A stretch of 64,000 nt of DNA from positions 52,390,001 to 52,454,000 of the forward strand of contig OZ024747.1 in the NCBI GenBank assembly GCA_964016885.1, in the 5' to 3' direction. A program made the translations under genes and the position numbers. The DNA is from Eledone cirrhosa. Lineage: Eukaryota. Below the pieces are notes generated by a model. It searched no databases and had not been told where the DNA came from. It saw only the letters and a program-made list of their open reading frames with translations. Positions 61,801 to 64,000 of this stretch are shown here, in pieces (the first letter of the stretch is position 1; each line of letters opens with the position of its first letter).

Positions 61801-64000
61801 AGTTGGTGTAGAGTAAAACAGAGAGAACCAGTACATAGGACAGAGTTGGTGTAGAGTAAAACAGAGAGAACCAGTACATATGACAGAGTAGGTGTAGAGT
61901 AAAACAGAGAGAACCAGTACATAGGACAGAGTTGGAGTAGAGTAAAACAGAGAGAACCAGTACATAGGACAGAGTTAGTGTAGAGTAAAACAGAGAGAAC
62001 CAGTACATAGGACAGAGTTGGTGTAGAGTAAAACAGAGAGAACCAGTACATAGGACAGAGTTAGTGTAGAGTAAAACAGAGAGAACCAGTACATATGACA
62101 GAGTAGGTGTAGAGTAAAACAGAGAGAACCAGTACATAGGACAGAGTCGCTGTAGAGTAAAACAGAGAGAACCAGTACATAGGACAGAGTCACTGTAGAG
62201 TAAAACAGAGAGAACTAGTACATAGGACAGAGTCGGTGTAGAGTAAAACATAGAGAACCAGTACATAGGACAGAGTTGATGTAGGGTAAAACAGAGAGAA
62301 CCAGTACATAGGACAGAGTTGGTGTAGAGTAAAACAGAGAGAACCAGTACATAGGAGAGTCAGAGTAGAGTAAAACAGAGAGAACCAGTACATAGAACAG
62401 AGTCGGTGTAGAGTAAAACAGAGAACCAGTACATAGGACAGAGTCAGTGTAGAGTAAAACAGAGAGAACCAGTACATAGGACAGAGTTGGTGTAGAGTAA
62501 AACAGAGAGAACCAGCACGTAGCACAGAGTCGGTGTAGAGTAAAACAGAGAGAACCAGTACATAGGACAGTGTTGGTGTAGAGTAAAACAGAGAGAACCA
62601 GTACATAGGACAGTGTTGGTGTAGAGTAAAACAGAGATAACCAGCACGTAGCACAGAGTCGGTGTAGAGTAAAACAGAGAGAACCAGTACATAGGACAGT
62701 GTTGGTGTAGAGTAAAACAGAGAGAACCAGTACATAGGACAGTGTTGGTGTAGAGTAAAACAGAGAGAACCAGTACATAGGACAGTGTTGGTGTAGAGTA
62801 AAACAGAGAGAACCAGTACGTAGCACAGAGTCGGTGTAGAATAAAACAGAGAGAACCAGTACATAGGACAGTGTTGGTGTAGAGTAAAACAGAGAGAACC
62901 AGTACGTAGCACAGAGTCGGTGTAGAGTAAAACAGAGAGAACCAGTACGTAGCACAGAGTCGGTGTAGAGTAAAACAGAGAGAACCAGTACATAGGACAG
63001 TGTTGGTGTAGAGTAAAACAAAGAGAACCAGTACATAGGACAGTGTTGGTGTAGAGTAAAACAGAGAGAACCAGTACATAGCACAGTGTTGGTGTAGAGT
63101 AAAACAGAGAGAACCAGTACGTAGCACAGAGTCGGTGTAGAGTAAAACAGAGAGAACCAGTACGTAGCACAGAGTCGGTGTAGAGTAAAACAGAGAGAAC
63201 CAGTACGTAGCACAGAGTCGGTGTAGAGTAAAACAGAGAGAACCAGTACATAGGACAGAGTCGGTGTAGAGTAAAACAGAGAGAACCAGTACATAGGACA
63301 GAGTCACTGTAGAGTAAAACAGAGAGAACTAGTACATAGGACAGAGTCAGAGTAGAGTAAAACAGAGAGAACCAGTACATAGAACAGAGTCGGTGTAGAG
63401 TAAAACAGAGAGAACCAGTACATAGGACAGAGTCACTGTAGAGTAAAACAGAGAGAACTAGTACATAGGACAGAGTCAGAGTAGAGTAAAACAGAGAGAA
63501 CCAGTACATAGAACAGAGTCGGTGTAGAGTAAAACAGAGAGAACCAGTACATAGGACAGAGTCACTGTAGAGTAAAACAGAGAGAACTAGTACACAGGAC
63601 AGAGTCAGAGTAGAGTAAAACAGAGAGAACCAGTACATAGGACAGAGTCGGTGTAGAGTAAAACATAGAGAACCAGTACATAGGACAGAGTTGATGTAGG
63701 GAAAAACAGAGAGAACCAGTACATAGGACAGAGTTGGTGTAGAGTAAAACAGAGAGAACCAGTACATAGGAGAGTCAGAGTAGAGTAAAACAGAGAGAAC
63801 CAGTACATAGAACAGAGTCGGTGTAGAGTAAAACAGAGAACCAGTACATAGGACAGAGTTGGTGTAGAGTAAAACAGAGAGAACCAGTACATAGGACAGA
63901 GTTGGTGTAGAGTAAAACAGAGAGAACCAGTACATATGACAGAGTAGGTGTAGAGTAAAACAGAGAGAACCAGTACATAGGACAGAGTTGGAGTAGAGTA
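34827..64000. repeat. 43-bp satellite array, about 680 monomers, continuing past the window end
   Basis: Consensus GTCGGTGTAGAGTAAAACAGAGAGAACCAGTACATAGGACAGA (18 A, 13 G, 6 C, 6 T). Single orientation, no interrupting element seen; occasional 41-, 45- and 50-bp variants. Confidence 0.99.

Noticed and set aside
34742-63978. Dozens of long hydrophobic minus-strand ORFs (MYWFSLFYSTPTLSYVLVLSVLLYTDSVLCTGSLCFTLHRLCP repeats)
   Set aside because: The consensus 43-mer has no stop codon on the minus strand, and because 43 is not a multiple of 3 every frame gives the same 43-aa cycle. Common variants add TGA/TAG stops and 2-bp indels freely, so there is no sign of coding selection.
34827-64000. CRISPR-like look (constant 27-bp block plus variable 16-bp block)
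   Set aside because: The variable parts are allelic variants of one sequence, not unique spacers; there are no cas genes and the context is eukaryotic.

Overview
Eukaryotic, AT-rich, microsatellite-dense genomic DNA. The repeat landscape (tRNA-derived SINEs with (AAT)n or (ATG)n tails, TTAA-bounded MITEs, abundant (AT)n/(CA)n/(AG)n) is what I would expect of an octopus or other coleoid mollusc; this is an inference. Bases 1-34.8 kb are an intronic/intergenic mosaic: many SINE copies (a five-copy tandem stack and two inverted pairs), piggyBac-like MITEs, a young 5'-truncated L1/Tx1 LINE with an intact ORF2 remnant inserted in an (AAT)n tract, an RTE 3' fragment, two minisatellites, a 1.5-kb Thr-codon repeat and two candidate minus-strand micro-exons. 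Several short palindromic elements look like inverted Penelope-like pseudo-LTRs; one carries a complete minimal type-I hammerhead ribozyme motif on each strand and three others carry only the 3' half of a hammerhead. Bases 34.83-64 kb are one uninterrupted 43-bp satellite (about 680 monomers, running off the window end) with nested, changing higher-order periods. On the minus strand the monomer reads as a polypyrimidine tract, and the array ends exactly at a canonical 3' splice acceptor. The many ORFs over the satellite and the microsatellites are judged artefacts. No named host gene could be identified. Coordinates were read by eye and element ends are approximate.
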